In this document: positions 8,532-18,393 of the stretch, one piece after another
How the letters are laid out: the number at the start of each line of letters is the position of its first letter
How positions within the stretch are numbered: the stretch's first letter is position 1
Assembly (NCBI RefSeq): GCF_003790525.1
Contig: NZ_CP033633.1
Length of the DNA: 64,000 nucleotides
DNA from: Escherichia coli
GTDB lineage: Bacteria > Pseudomonadota > Gammaproteobacteria > Enterobacterales > Enterobacteriaceae
Strand: one strand, 5' to 3'
Notes under the pieces: generated by a model
What the model was told of the DNA's origin: nothing
Database searches by the model: none
The model's input: the letters and a program-made list of their open reading frames with translations, nothing else
Made by a program: the position numbers and the translations under genes

Positions 8532-9733
8532 CTTACGCTCCCCTGGCTCATGGCCTGTGACAGTTCACCGAGACGCTGTCCGTAATACTGTCGTGCCGCC
8601 AGTGCCAGCTGCTGCCCGGCGATAACATTACCCTGGCGTATCTGCTCTTTCAGGTCGTTCATCTGCCAGTTCAGCAGGGCGGTAGTGCGCAGCAGTTCAC
8701 GGAGAAGGTTATCGCCTTCCATGCCCTGCAGATCCTGCTGCCAGTCGGTGTTTGCATAGCGTCTGCCGGCTTCAAAGGCCTCAAACTCCCGCTGGCTCAT
8801 GTGACCACGGGTGCGGGCCTCTGATGATGCGGTACGGTCAAAATATGCCGCAGCGGATGGTGACTGCAGGGCTTCAGTCAGTGCTCCACGGGTGGCCTCA
8901 TTAGGGGTACTGTCAGCTATCAGTGACAGTTGCGGATGAGAGGCGGCATCGATGATGCCGTTGTATTCATTCTGCAGGCCCACATACGTGCGCCCGGTCT
9001 GTGTTCCCACTTCACCTTTCCCCGGGGCACGACCCGCTGACGGTCTGGCGGTGTTTTTCATATAAGCCGTGGCGGCATCAATCTGTTTCTGATCCCAGGT
9101 GAGGGCGGCAGGGGTATCTGCTGTGCCTGCGCCCTGATAGAGCGATCGTACCTGGCTGTCTCCGCCCGGCAGATCGCCCACGGCAGGGCAGACATCGGTT
9201 CCGCCAAAGCGGGCATACTCCGCTTCCGTGCAGTAACCGGCGTGGATGCCGGCACTGTCATACGCCTCGCGGACCGGGGAGTCTGCAGCCCGGGAGAGAC
9301 GTTCCCGGATGGGTTTACTGCTGACCCCTCCCCCCTGACTCAGACGTGCCGCTGCAGACGCTGCTGCCCGGCGGCTTTCTGCTGCAATGCCGGACGCGGA
9401 TTCACTGCAGATGGAGTCCGGCACGCTGAAGCTTTTCCTGGCCTCCTCGAGGCGGTGTGTTTCATTACTGAATATCATCTGCTGACGGGTGGCCTGCCCG
9501 TCCTGGGCAATGACGGTGGCCAGTTTTTCTGAGTTCTGGGTGATGGCTGTGCCGGTGGCCGTCTGCATACGGACCATCTCTGCCATCACGCCCTGAATGG
9601 CGGCCAGCTCCGGCATGATCTGTCGGGTGACCGGCTGACTGGACACAACATTCACAGAGTAGGCATGGGTGGCAGGGATAACCGCACAGCCTATCAGGAG
9701 TGCAAGCAGTGTGGTTGCAGATTGTCTTTGCAT
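8528..9733 (-). CDS. traW: conjugal transfer lipoprotein (TraW by position); start taken at internal ATG 9733
   Basis: Track ORF 8528..9838; internal Met gives signal peptide MQRQSATTLLALLIGCAVIPATHA and about 401 aa. Confidence 0.5.
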   Translation of the reverse strand: MQRQSATTLLALLIGCAVIPATHAYSVNVVSSQPVTRQIMPELAAIQGVMAEMVRMQTATGTAITQNSEKLATVIAQDGQATRQQMIFSNETHRLEEARKSFSVPDSICSESASGIAAESRRAAASAAARLSQGGGVSSKPIRERLSRAADSPVREAYDSAGIHAGYCTEAEYARFGGTDVCPAVGDLPGGDSQVRSLYQGAGTADTPAALTWDQKQIDAATAYMKNTARPSAGRAPGKGEVGTQTGRTYVGLQNEYNGIIDAASHPQLSLIADSTPNEATRGALTEALQSPSAAAYFDRTASSEARTRGHMSQREFEAFEAGRRYANTDWQQDLQGMEGDNLLRELLRTTALLNWQMNDLKEQIRQGNVIAGQQLALAARQYYGQRLGELSQAMSQGSVR

Positions 9734-10311
9734 TCTTTTTTCTCCGTTTTCGGGGGATACAGGATGTCTGGTACGCGATGACTGAGTGATTCCGGCAGCG
9801 GAGCCAGCGGGAAACACTGGAAGCGGCGCGTGATCCATCCCTGACGGTTACGGTTATCGATGAGCGTGAAGGTACGACGCTTCACGCGTTTCAGTGTCGG
9901 GGTGTCGCTTTCCATGACCGGCCAGTCTCCGGCTGTGAGTGCCGGTGTGCCGTGGACATCCGGCCACAGCCAGGTGTTGTCAGACATCAGCGCAGTGAGT
10001 GGTGCGGGCAGAAGCCAGTGAATGACATGCTGTATATCAAAAGGCGGTCGCTCCGGCACGTTAACCTGCCAGGTGGCCGTTGTTATCAGCGTGCCTGTCT
10101 CTCCGGGCAGGGCCAGGCGAATACCACTCATCTCCCCGTCAGCCCGTCTGTCACTGGCAAAAATGACCCGGGGATTGGGGGACGGTCGCAGTGTGAAGCA
10201 GGCGGACGGCAGGGTGAAGCTGAAACTGTCACCGTCCACGCGCAGCGTTTTCAGGAAGACCTGTCCCCGTGCAGGACGCCGGCAGCGGGGAGTGATGTGT
10301 ATGCTGTACAT
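9694..10311 (-). CDS. traV: conjugal transfer protein (TraV by position)
   Basis: 205 aa ORF tightly packed between traU and traW. Confidence 0.4.
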   Translation of the reverse strand: MYSIHITPRCRRPARGQVFLKTLRVDGDSFSFTLPSACFTLRPSPNPRVIFASDRRADGEMSGIRLALPGETGTLITTATWQVNVPERPPFDIQHVIHWLLPAPLTALMSDNTWLWPDVHGTPALTAGDWPVMESDTPTLKRVKRRTFTLIDNRNRQGWITRRFQCFPLAPLPESLSHRVPDILYPPKTEKKECKDNLQPHCLHS

Positions 10312-13300
10312 CAGAGGTGATATCCCTGCTTACGGATGAGTTCCGCAGCCAGATCATGGATGACGTTTTCACTGTCATGTGTACGGGCGCGGTGTTCTAT
10401 CAGTGAGGTGGCTGAACCACGGGGAAAGTTTTCTGCCAGGATCTGGCGTGCCCGCAGTGACCCGAGCTCCTGCGTCAGCGCACGTCTCAGGGCGCTGTCT
10501 TTGGGTGAGGAATTCAGAGCCCACAGCTCCAGTGGACCGAGAGTGAATTTCAGGATCCGGGCCAGCGTACCGTTTTTTACACGGAACACAGCCAGTACCG
10601 GGACACCGCTGCCATCCGGTGCAGCCCCTTCCGGCATTTTCAGAAAGCGCCGCAGGGTGACTTCAGGGACACCAAAATTATCCCGCAGAAACGGAATTTC
10701 GTCAGGGCGGTAACGCAGCAACCAGAGGGTGTTGGCGGATTTGAGAACTGCCGGTGGATAGTCCTGCAGTAGCTGGGTGCTCAGCACTGTGCGTATCCCG
10801 AACTTACGCTGCTCCAGCTCCTGGGTGTCCAGGGCTTCCCAGATGAAGTTGATCCCTTTTGCATTGTGCAGTTCGTCATAGACTTTGGTCTTGACCTCCT
10901 GATCAAGCTGTTCAATGCGGCGGAAAATCACCTCATGGTAGCGTGGGTCGAGATTTTTCCGTATTTCCTCCTGATACTGCGGCAGGACAAAATCCCCGCC
11001 GGCGATTTGTCCTGCCAGCAGGTACATGATGCCGGTGCGCAGACGCCCGGCAGGTGTCTTGTCACCGGCCACATTGTTCAGATCAACGGCCACAACGCGG
11101 GTGTCGGGGCTGAGCATAAACCGGGTACAGCCGGACATCATCGGGTAGTCACTGTGTCCCTGATCGAGGGCACGGCGGATGTAGTCCAGTAACAATTCTG
11201 CTGAGTTATCGCGCTGAACTGTGCCGAACACATCCCGGATGGATGGCTGTCCCAGCAGGGCGGACATTTCAGCCAGCAGGGGCATGGCCTGGTAGTGTGC
11301 CCGCTGGGCTGCGGGGATATTGCCAGCCATATGCAGCATGTCCCTGATTTCAAACCAGGTGGCAGCATTCCACCATCCGGCATCATGTTGTTCTGCGATG
11401 CCACTCTCTTCCAGGGCGAGATCCACAAGGGGCTCTGTTCCTGCACGGTACAGTCTGGGGTTGTTTTCGCCATACTCCCTGAAGGCCAGATCCACCAGGT
11501 TGCTTATGATTTGCCGGGTGTCACCGGGATTACAGGGCTGACCGGTGCCGGTATCCACGCACAGTGCGCAGAGTACAGATACCATGAAGTTCTTTTCCGG
11601 GGTGGCGGGTTTTTTAGCACCGTACATCACATCAAACAGGTTACGGGTGTGTTCCGGATCATTGCTCAGAATGATCCCCACGGCTTCGTCCTTTCTCTGC
11701 TCCGGCAGGCTGTCACGGATAAGCTGTACCAGTCCCTGTGCACTGAATCCCTTGTCGATATAGGCAATGAAAGGCAGGTTCTTCTGGGCTGAGGCTATCT
11801 GGATCTCCGACAGTGCGTTGATGAGTACCGATTTGCCCAGACCGGGTGCGCCGGGCGTCAGTTCCGTGTGCTTGTTCTGTTGTGACGATGCCAGCGCGAC
11901 CTCCCATGCAGAGCCGTCTTCGGTGTGCATCATCAGATTTCCCTGTCCCCGCCAGACAGAGCCGGCCCTGTTCAGGGGAAACAGGGAAAGGGCGTGTGAA
12001 AGGGGCGGGTAAAGGGGGACTGGACCGGAACCGTGGGAGGCCGCCAGAACCGTGTTCACCCAGGCACGTCTCGGATCACCGAAGGTGGTGGTGGTGCCGC
12101 ATACTCCCCAGCCTTCCAGCGCAGATTTCAGGAGAGCCTGGTTGCGGGTACAGACTTCCCGGCTGTTTCCCCATGTGGTGGCAACAATGGTCATGATACA
12201 GACCGGATCATGTTTGTTGATGTCATTCAGCATCATCACCGAGTCATACATGGGCCGGAGAGGGGAAATAAAGCTGCTGTAGGTCAGCAGGGTTTTCTTG
12301 ACCCCAAGCGCCTTCATGCCGCCGGGCATCAGATCCATCCGGATACGCCAGGGGATTGCGCGGGGCACATCCCTGACCAGCTGGTTGAATGTCCGCAGAT
12401 TCTGGGGTGGCAGGGTAATGGCGACCATACCGTGCCAGAGGTCACCGGCCTTTATCAGGCTGCCGTGTGTTTCAGGCTGTGTGGTGAATAACTGCAGATT
12501 CAGCGACGGTGCGTGGAATACAGAGGTATCCTCGCCCTGTCGCCAGCCGGCAGGACGGGCATCTTCAGGCAGATGAGGCTGCCATACTGCAGGTGTGCTG
12601 TTGCGCTCCAGTTGACGGCGGATTTCCCGTCCCACTTCATGAATATCCATCAGGCGAACCAGCAGACCATCAGAATCATGTGTCAGGGCCTGCTCCAGCG
12701 TGTCCAGAAAGGCGTCATGCCGTATTTTGAGTGCGGAAAGTGTCCAGCGCCATGGATCCTGCGCAAATCGGGCTGGCGGAGCGTGTTCAGCGAGTTTCCT
12801 GATACGGGTCTGGTGGTCCTTGCGATCGGTCCGGCTCAGCAGTTCTTCAGAGCTCCAGACGGTCAGCCAGCAGCGTTCCCGGACAAGCCAGGGGGTGAGC
12901 GTGGTGACTTTTTCATCCAGAACGTCCTGAAGCAGGATCCCCGTACGTGCGATGGATTTTCGCTGGGGTAAGAGCATGGCTTCGATTTCATCCCTTCCAC
13001 GCTCCGGATCGCGTTCGAAAACAAAACTGATTTTGTGACCGGTGTTTTTATAGGCAGTGTTCATTCGCTCTGCCAGCGCTGTTATCAGTGATTCCAGTGT
13101 GCCGGGGGCTGTCAGGTCCGGGTTTTCATCCATTTCTTTCAGGGCACCGCTGATTTCAAAGACGGAAAGGTAATACCCCTGTTTTGTGGTGGCAATGTAG
13201 GGGGCTTTCAGCCAGGGGCGGCGTTCGCGGTCCTGCTGGTCCAGACCGATGACGGTGTGCAGATCACAGTAATCGGGGAAGAATGCGGAAACGGAATACC

Positions 13301-13355
13301 GTGACAGGGTACTGATACAGTCTTCAATGGCAAAAATAATGCGGTTGATATTCAT
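10311..13355 (-). CDS. traU: conjugal transfer ATPase TraU (DotO/IcmB-like)
   Basis: 1014 aa, same length as R64 TraU; large uninterrupted ORF with strong coding character. Confidence 0.8.
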   Translation of the reverse strand: MNINRIIFAIEDCISTLSRYSVSAFFPDYCDLHTVIGLDQQDRERRPWLKAPYIATTKQGYYLSVFEISGALKEMDENPDLTAPGTLESLITALAERMNTAYKNTGHKISFVFERDPERGRDEIEAMLLPQRKSIARTGILLQDVLDEKVTTLTPWLVRERCWLTVWSSEELLSRTDRKDHQTRIRKLAEHAPPARFAQDPWRWTLSALKIRHDAFLDTLEQALTHDSDGLLVRLMDIHEVGREIRRQLERNSTPAVWQPHLPEDARPAGWRQGEDTSVFHAPSLNLQLFTTQPETHGSLIKAGDLWHGMVAITLPPQNLRTFNQLVRDVPRAIPWRIRMDLMPGGMKALGVKKTLLTYSSFISPLRPMYDSVMMLNDINKHDPVCIMTIVATTWGNSREVCTRNQALLKSALEGWGVCGTTTTFGDPRRAWVNTVLAASHGSGPVPLYPPLSHALSLFPLNRAGSVWRGQGNLMMHTEDGSAWEVALASSQQNKHTELTPGAPGLGKSVLINALSEIQIASAQKNLPFIAYIDKGFSAQGLVQLIRDSLPEQRKDEAVGIILSNDPEHTRNLFDVMYGAKKPATPEKNFMVSVLCALCVDTGTGQPCNPGDTRQIISNLVDLAFREYGENNPRLYRAGTEPLVDLALEESGIAEQHDAGWWNAATWFEIRDMLHMAGNIPAAQRAHYQAMPLLAEMSALLGQPSIRDVFGTVQRDNSAELLLDYIRRALDQGHSDYPMMSGCTRFMLSPDTRVVAVDLNNVAGDKTPAGRLRTGIMYLLAGQIAGGDFVLPQYQEEIRKNLDPRYHEVIFRRIEQLDQEVKTKVYDELHNAKGINFIWEALDTQELEQRKFGIRTVLSTQLLQDYPPAVLKSANTLWLLRYRPDEIPFLRDNFGVPEVTLRRFLKMPEGAAPDGSGVPVLAVFRVKNGTLARILKFTLGPLELWALNSSPKDSALRRALTQELGSLRARQILAENFPRGSATSLIEHRARTHDSENVIHDLAAELIRKQGYHL

Positions 13356-13530
13356 GGCATGGGGTACTCCGGTAAGGATGAATCATCACGGTCTTATATT
13401 TTTTGATGCCACAGCAGGGGATGTGGCATGAAAAAACAGCAGAGAAAATAAATAATCTGTTGAGGGGCGGGTGCGTATTTCTGTGTGATTACAGTAAATA
13501 ATAAAAATGTAATAAGGTGGAAACACGCTG

Positions 13531-13914
13531 TCAGCGTAGTGAATTTACTGGCGGATAAGTGATTTTATTAATATGTACAACAATACATTTTCTTCTTTCA
13601 TTTCGTATAAATACAGGGGGGATATAAAAGAAACGGAGACTGCAGAGACAGAGATGCAGTTGTTTTCCCCGTTTCCTTAATGAAAATTCAGTCAGGGGTG
13701 TGGCCGGATAATTATGCCGGGCGCTTAATTCCCTGTTGAACTGAAGTATTCCGGCAATATTCAGCAGTATGCCGGCCAGCCTGCCGTCATCATCCCGAAG
13801 GAACCGACGGAGTAGCCGGTGCTCTTCTTTGGCGGTACTGTCAGCTTTTCCGGCCAGGTGTGCGTGGATGAGTGTTATAAGCGTCTCCGGGGATATGCGG
13901 TGAATTTTCATCAT
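13531..13914 (-). CDS. hypothetical protein in tra array, 127 aa
   Basis: ORF overlapping the next gene by 4 bp; its C-terminal third runs into AT-rich intergenic sequence, so the true extent is uncertain. Confidence 0.3.
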   Translation of the reverse strand: MMKIHRISPETLITLIHAHLAGKADSTAKEEHRLLRRFLRDDDGRLAGILLNIAGILQFNRELSARHNYPATPLTEFSLRKRGKQLHLCLCSLRFFYIPPVFIRNERRKCIVVHINKITYPPVNSLR

Positions 13915-14339
13915 TCTTCTCCTGATTTTGTCGGGGGCACACCCGGATAGATAAACTGCTGGCGGCGAATGAAAAAATCACAGAAGGGCATATCCGGTAA
14001 TTCCGGGAGACCGGATACGGCAATATCCATCCATGAGAGATAGTTATCGACGCTCACTGTGACGGTGATGCAGTCATGGGTACGGGATTTTTCATGAATT
14101 TCTGCAGCCAGAAAGAGCAGCCAGCCGCCGTTAAATGCCGGGTGGCGGAGAATGAACCGGGCAATCTCTTTTTCAACTCCATCAGGCGGAATATCGTCCG
14201 TCAGTGTCCGGATAATAAAGTGCCGGAATGCATCAGCGGTGAACTGATATGCGGCAGAGAGGGTATTCATTTTTGTTCCTCTGTAAGTTGAGAGGGCCGG
14301 CAGAACGTCATCGGTACCGGTGTGGGAGGGCTGCATCAC
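13911..14339 (-). CDS. hypothetical conjugal transfer protein, 142 aa (TraS/TraT region)
   Basis: Coupled ORF (4-bp overlaps on both sides) in the tra array. Confidence 0.35.
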   Translation of the reverse strand: MMQPSHTGTDDVLPALSTYRGTKMNTLSAAYQFTADAFRHFIIRTLTDDIPPDGVEKEIARFILRHPAFNGGWLLFLAAEIHEKSRTHDCITVTVSVDNYLSWMDIAVSGLPELPDMPFCDFFIRRQQFIYPGVPPTKSGEE

Positions 14340-15154
14340 CAGACGAACTCCCTGTCAGGAAACGAATCCGGCAGCAGAATGAGCGCCACCCCGTCCATTT
14401 TCTCCCGCAGTGTTTTACGCTGTGCCGGCGGCCAGCGGCGCAGTGCATCAGCAAAATCCGCCGGACGCCAGGTGCGAAATTTCTCCTCAACGGCCAGGCG
14501 GTTCTGTACCAGGGCATTCAGTACGGCCCGTCCCTGTCTGATTCGCTTACGCTCATCGCTGAAAATTTCCTTCAGTGCCCGTGCATTGAGAGCAACTACC
14601 GAGGCCGGATGCAAATCAGGGAGCCAGACCATCACCCCCTGTGCGGCAGCGTAGCCGTTCAGGCAGTGCCAGGCGTGGCAGAAGGCACAGAGATGAAAGG
14701 GCGGGCCTTCAGGCTGCAGCAGTTCACTTTCATTTTCGCTGAGTGCATCTGTTGTGACGATTTGTGACTTTTCCACATGACGCAGGGCCAGTCGCCTGGC
14801 CGACAGGCGGGCCTGTGCCAGGGACCGCTCCGCATCCTGCAGGGTTCGGGTGTGTTTCTTTTTTTCGTCAGCGTTTTCCGGTACCGGATGTTTTTTCAGG
14901 CGCATCACCCGGGTGAGGTTTTTTTCCAGCAGGACGACCGTATCCCGGCAGGTGTCAGCCATCTGCTGTAATGGCCATGAATCCTCCAGAATGAAGCGGT
15001 GAGTGACGGTCCTGCGACAGCAGGGACAGCGTCCGGGTGTTGAGAGCACGGGTGGTGGCAGCAGGGATTCACCGCTGAATACCGTGTCCGGTTGCGGGAG
15101 CGGGAAAAGCCAGCGTTCCCGGGCCGGGGCGATGAGTGGCGGTGTTTTGTTCAT
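14336..15154 (-). CDS. hypothetical conjugal transfer protein, 272 aa, with Cys/His cluster (TraT by position)
   Basis: Contains HLCAFCHAWHC motif suggestive of metal binding; position between traR and traU. Confidence 0.4.
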   Translation of the reverse strand: MNKTPPLIAPARERWLFPLPQPDTVFSGESLLPPPVLSTPGRCPCCRRTVTHRFILEDSWPLQQMADTCRDTVVLLEKNLTRVMRLKKHPVPENADEKKKHTRTLQDAERSLAQARLSARRLALRHVEKSQIVTTDALSENESELLQPEGPPFHLCAFCHAWHCLNGYAAAQGVMVWLPDLHPASVVALNARALKEIFSDERKRIRQGRAVLNALVQNRLAVEEKFRTWRPADFADALRRWPPAQRKTLREKMDGVALILLPDSFPDREFVW

Positions 15155-15376
15155 ACGTTTTTCTCTCTGTATACAGGGTGACGGCAGCCAGAATCAGTGC
15201 TGCGATGGCGGTGGAATAACATTCTGCAAACACAAACTCCTGATTATCCCGGTTGTCGCGGGCAATCACGTTGCCGTGCTCTGTTCTGAGCAGGGTGAAA
15301 GGGGGCAGCTCACAGGACATGGTCTGGTCCTCTTCATTGTGTGAAGACGGCACCGGGAAACCGGTGCCGTTGTGGA

Positions 15377-15775
15377 TTAACTGATGGAGACCGGAGAAAG
15401 ACCGAGCGTTTTCTGTCCACTGCTCATCATTTCCGGTACGACGGCAAGACAGGCACCGACCACAATGGACAGTATGCAGGCCACCCCTGCTCCGGGTTTT
15501 TTACCGATTTGTTTGAGGCCAAGCAGGCCGGCAATAAAGAGCACCAGGCCAATAACCTGAGCGATGGTCACAAATGAACTGCTGGAGCCTTTTGCACCAT
15601 CGCCAACGGTTTTGATCATATCGAATAGGGTGTTTGCCATCGCTGTGTGGGGCAGCAGTATCACGGGAAGCAGAAGTAACAGGCGTATCAGCCGGTCACG
15701 GCAGGCCACCAGGCATAACTGAACATAAATAAATGCAGCGCACAGACGCGCCGCCATGGCACGGAATCGTGACAT
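15377..15775 (-). CDS. traR: small conjugal transfer membrane protein (TraR by position)
   Basis: 132 aa ORF with two TM segments; true start may be the internal MANTLFDMIK. Confidence 0.4.
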   Translation of the reverse strand: MSRFRAMAARLCAAFIYVQLCLVACRDRLIRLLLLLPVILLPHTAMANTLFDMIKTVGDGAKGSSSSFVTIAQVIGLVLFIAGLLGLKQIGKKPGAGVACILSIVVGACLAVVPEMMSSGQKTLGLSPVSIS

Positions 15776-15821
15776 ATAGTCTCCTTAACTAACAGACTGA
15801 ATTACTGAAAATGAATGTGGA

Positions 15822-16352
15822 TCAGAAGGCGAGACCAAGACTCGCCAGAGAGGCATCGATGACGCGATCGATAAAAACCAGCAGAACGCCGGCAACAAAC
15901 TTGACGTTTCCTTTGCTGATGGACTCACTGCTGCTCAGGGCGGTATGCCCGTCCAGCAGGGATTTACGCCAGATGGAAATGCCGTTCATGGCAAATCCCA
16001 CTCCGGCCAGTTTTACCAGTGAGAGCATGGCATTGGCGGCACCGGCAGCGGCACCAAAGGTGGTTGGTTGTACATAAGCGATAGGGCCGAAGGAATCTGC
16101 CCTGAATCCCATCTGGGTACCCCCGGCATTGATGAAGGATGGCAGGGCGACCAGCATGCCGCAGATGACGATACCGGCGATAAATTTTCCCGGTCCCATA
16201 CTGTGACGCCCTTCTGCCCGGGCGCGCATCAGATGACCAATCAGGCCGATAATCCCCAGCAGCTCTCCCCAGGTGAAGAGAAACTCCATGCCTGCACTGA
16301 ATATACCGCTGGCAAAGTTCTCTATGGCTGTCAGGGCATCAATGCTCATCAT
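15822..16352 (-). CDS. traQ: conjugal transfer membrane protein (TraQ by position, DotE/IcmC-like)
   Basis: 176 aa polytopic membrane protein, overlaps traP stop by 4 bp. Confidence 0.45.
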   Translation of the reverse strand: MMSIDALTAIENFASGIFSAGMEFLFTWGELLGIIGLIGHLMRARAEGRHSMGPGKFIAGIVICGMLVALPSFINAGGTQMGFRADSFGPIAYVQPTTFGAAAGAANAMLSLVKLAGVGFAMNGISIWRKSLLDGHTALSSSESISKGNVKFVAGVLLVFIDRVIDASLASLGLAF

Positions 16353-17062
16353 CGTAATGTACCGGCAGAGGTGATGACTGAGCGGCTGGACGGTTCAATC
16401 CGGGTGATGGTGATATTCCCCAGCCTGTCACCTTCCCGTACTGCCCAGGCGCTACCCTGCCAGCGGATCCAGGCCATTCCTTTTTCCACCGACATGATTT
16501 GCATGCCCTGCAGGCGGGAAGGCGGGGTTTTCGTTGACTGGCCGTTATTCCCGGTCGGGATTTGCAGTGGTCCCTGCATCTGCAGGGCATGCACCTGCTT
16601 ACGGGTTTCATCAAGCAACTGACGGGTTTCCTGTGCCCAGGCCTCATCTTTCCGTATGGTGTCGCCAAGGGTTGTGATGCTCTCTTTCAGCATGGTCAGG
16701 GTACGTCGGATTTCCTCATCCCGCCTGTCCAGCTCTGCTTTCAGGTCACGGGCAAGCTGCTGCATGTCTGCCTGTGGGGTGACAGGAGGCGCGGACATGG
16801 TGTTTCCGCTCCCGGTCTCCGTCATGGGCATGGGCTCTGCCCAGCTTTCAGCAGCGGGCGGTGTGACCGCGAAGCCTGCATCTGCAGGGGGCTCTGAGGG
16901 TGTCCGCAGAAACTTGTACCAGACTGCGGCCAGGATGATGAGGACACAGCCGGCCCAGACTGGCAGGCTGTATCCCATATACTGGCGTTTCAGGAAGGAT
17001 TTGCCGGATGCCGGTGTCGTTGTTTCGCCAAAACTGCCGGGATCTTCATGTTCGTTTTTCAT
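16349..17062 (-). CDS. traP: conjugal transfer protein (TraP by position, DotF/IcmG-like)
   Basis: 237 aa, single TM plus coiled-coil-like region; coupled to traO and traQ. Confidence 0.5.
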   Translation of the reverse strand: MKNEHEDPGSFGETTTPASGKSFLKRQYMGYSLPVWAGCVLIILAAVWYKFLRTPSEPPADAGFAVTPPAAESWAEPMPMTETGSGNTMSAPPVTPQADMQQLARDLKAELDRRDEEIRRTLTMLKESITTLGDTIRKDEAWAQETRQLLDETRKQVHALQMQGPLQIPTGNNGQSTKTPPSRLQGMQIMSVEKGMAWIRWQGSAWAVREGDRLGNITITRIEPSSRSVITSAGTLR

Positions 17063-18390
17063 GGATGACTTTCCTGTTGTATTCCGTAACGTTGCCGCAT
17101 TTCGTTCTGTTTACGCATGACAGCTGCCTGGATCCTGTCAGACGCCTGACGCTCTGCTTCTTCCTGGGTGAGCGGGCGTCCGGAGGGCGGTGGCACAGAA
17201 GGGGCAGTGCCGGAGGAGGGGGGACTGATATCGTTGCTCATGACCGGCTCAACAAACAGAATGGAGACAACCTCTCCGCGTGACACTGTCACCTGCCGGT
17301 AAGGTTCGCTCTCCGCCTGGCGGGTCAGCAACTGACTGCCCCGTTCGGCCATGCCGCCTGCAATGACGCCAGCCAGCGCCTCGCCATCAGGCATTCCCAC
17401 CCTGCCGGTAATGCTGCCGTAGTTTCCCTGAATGACCTGTGTGTTGGCGTCTTTGTAAAGACTTCCGACACTGCCCACCCCACCGAGCACGGACGGCAGA
17501 ACGATATGCTTAAACCAGCGGTGGTTCACGTCGCTGGCCACGGATGACATGCCGGTATGTTCATTCAGGGCATATGCATTGACTTTCAGAAACATGCCCC
17601 GCCACATCATCCGGTCAAAGTGGATATCCATTCCCTTGCCGGCGAGTCTGGCGTCCTGGCTGTAGAGGACGGCCCCGGCCCATGGGCCGGCAGGTACGGA
17701 GGCCACCACGCGGGAGACAGCATTGTCAGAGTCCACTTCCGTATCAATGAAGGCAGGTACGCGGGTCAGTGCCGGTATCAGCTGTATCCCTGTACGAGCT
17801 GCCGGGGTTGCCAGACTGGCCTCCTGCAGACGTGGTTGTGGTGATGTGCCGGTACCGGGTGGTGAGGCATGTGAGCTTATCCCGGGAGCACCAGTGGTAC
17901 CCCACATTGCAGCCGCCACTACCGGGGGGCGAGCGTCAGGATGCTGTGTGTTGATGCGGGCAAGCAGTTTTTGTAACGCTTCCCGCTGTTTTTCCCGGTC
18001 TGTTTGATCTGCCTGAGGGGGCGTTGATGGTTGACCAGAACCCTCTGCCTGGTCAGCAGGCTGAGTATCCCTTCTTTGATTATTTCCGTGATCAGTATCC
18101 AGTCCCCTGGGCAGACTGGCGATGAATGTCTGGTTATTACGTAATGCTTCTGCGGCCCCGCGCTCATTGTCAGCACGCAGTAAATCCCGGTAGTGCTGTG
18201 ACTCCACCACGGTCCTCCCGCTGCCTGTTGTCGTGCTGTTGATATTGACTGACGAGAGCGATGCGCTGTTTTCGGGGGAAAGCCAGGTGAGCAGCAGGTA
18301 TCCGCCCCCGATGATAATCACGCCCCCGAGAACCAGCAGGGCTGACAGTTTTTTGCCGGACTTTGCGGCTGTGTCCTGTTCTGTGCTCAT
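17059..18390 (-). CDS. traO: conjugal transfer protein TraO (DotG/IcmE-like)
   Basis: 443 aa, N-terminal TM, Pro/Gln-rich linker, conserved C-terminal domain; size and position match R64 TraO. Confidence 0.6.
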   Translation of the reverse strand: MSTEQDTAAKSGKKLSALLVLGGVIIIGGGYLLLTWLSPENSASLSSVNINSTTTGSGRTVVESQHYRDLLRADNERGAAEALRNNQTFIASLPRGLDTDHGNNQRRDTQPADQAEGSGQPSTPPQADQTDREKQREALQKLLARINTQHPDARPPVVAAAMWGTTGAPGISSHASPPGTGTSPQPRLQEASLATPAARTGIQLIPALTRVPAFIDTEVDSDNAVSRVVASVPAGPWAGAVLYSQDARLAGKGMDIHFDRMMWRGMFLKVNAYALNEHTGMSSVASDVNHRWFKHIVLPSVLGGVGSVGSLYKDANTQVIQGNYGSITGRVGMPDGEALAGVIAGGMAERGSQLLTRQAESEPYRQVTVSRGEVVSILFVEPVMSNDISPPSSGTAPSVPPPSGRPLTQEEAERQASDRIQAAVMRKQNEMRQRYGIQQESHP

Positions 18391-18393
18391 GAT

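Noticed and set aside
10336-12971. Many plus-strand ORFs (for example 11295..11792, 12033..12491, 12513..12971) inside traU
   Set aside because: They lie antisense within a 1014-codon gene with strong coding character and their translations are Cys/Arg/Gly-rich shadow frames typical of GC-rich antisense reading.
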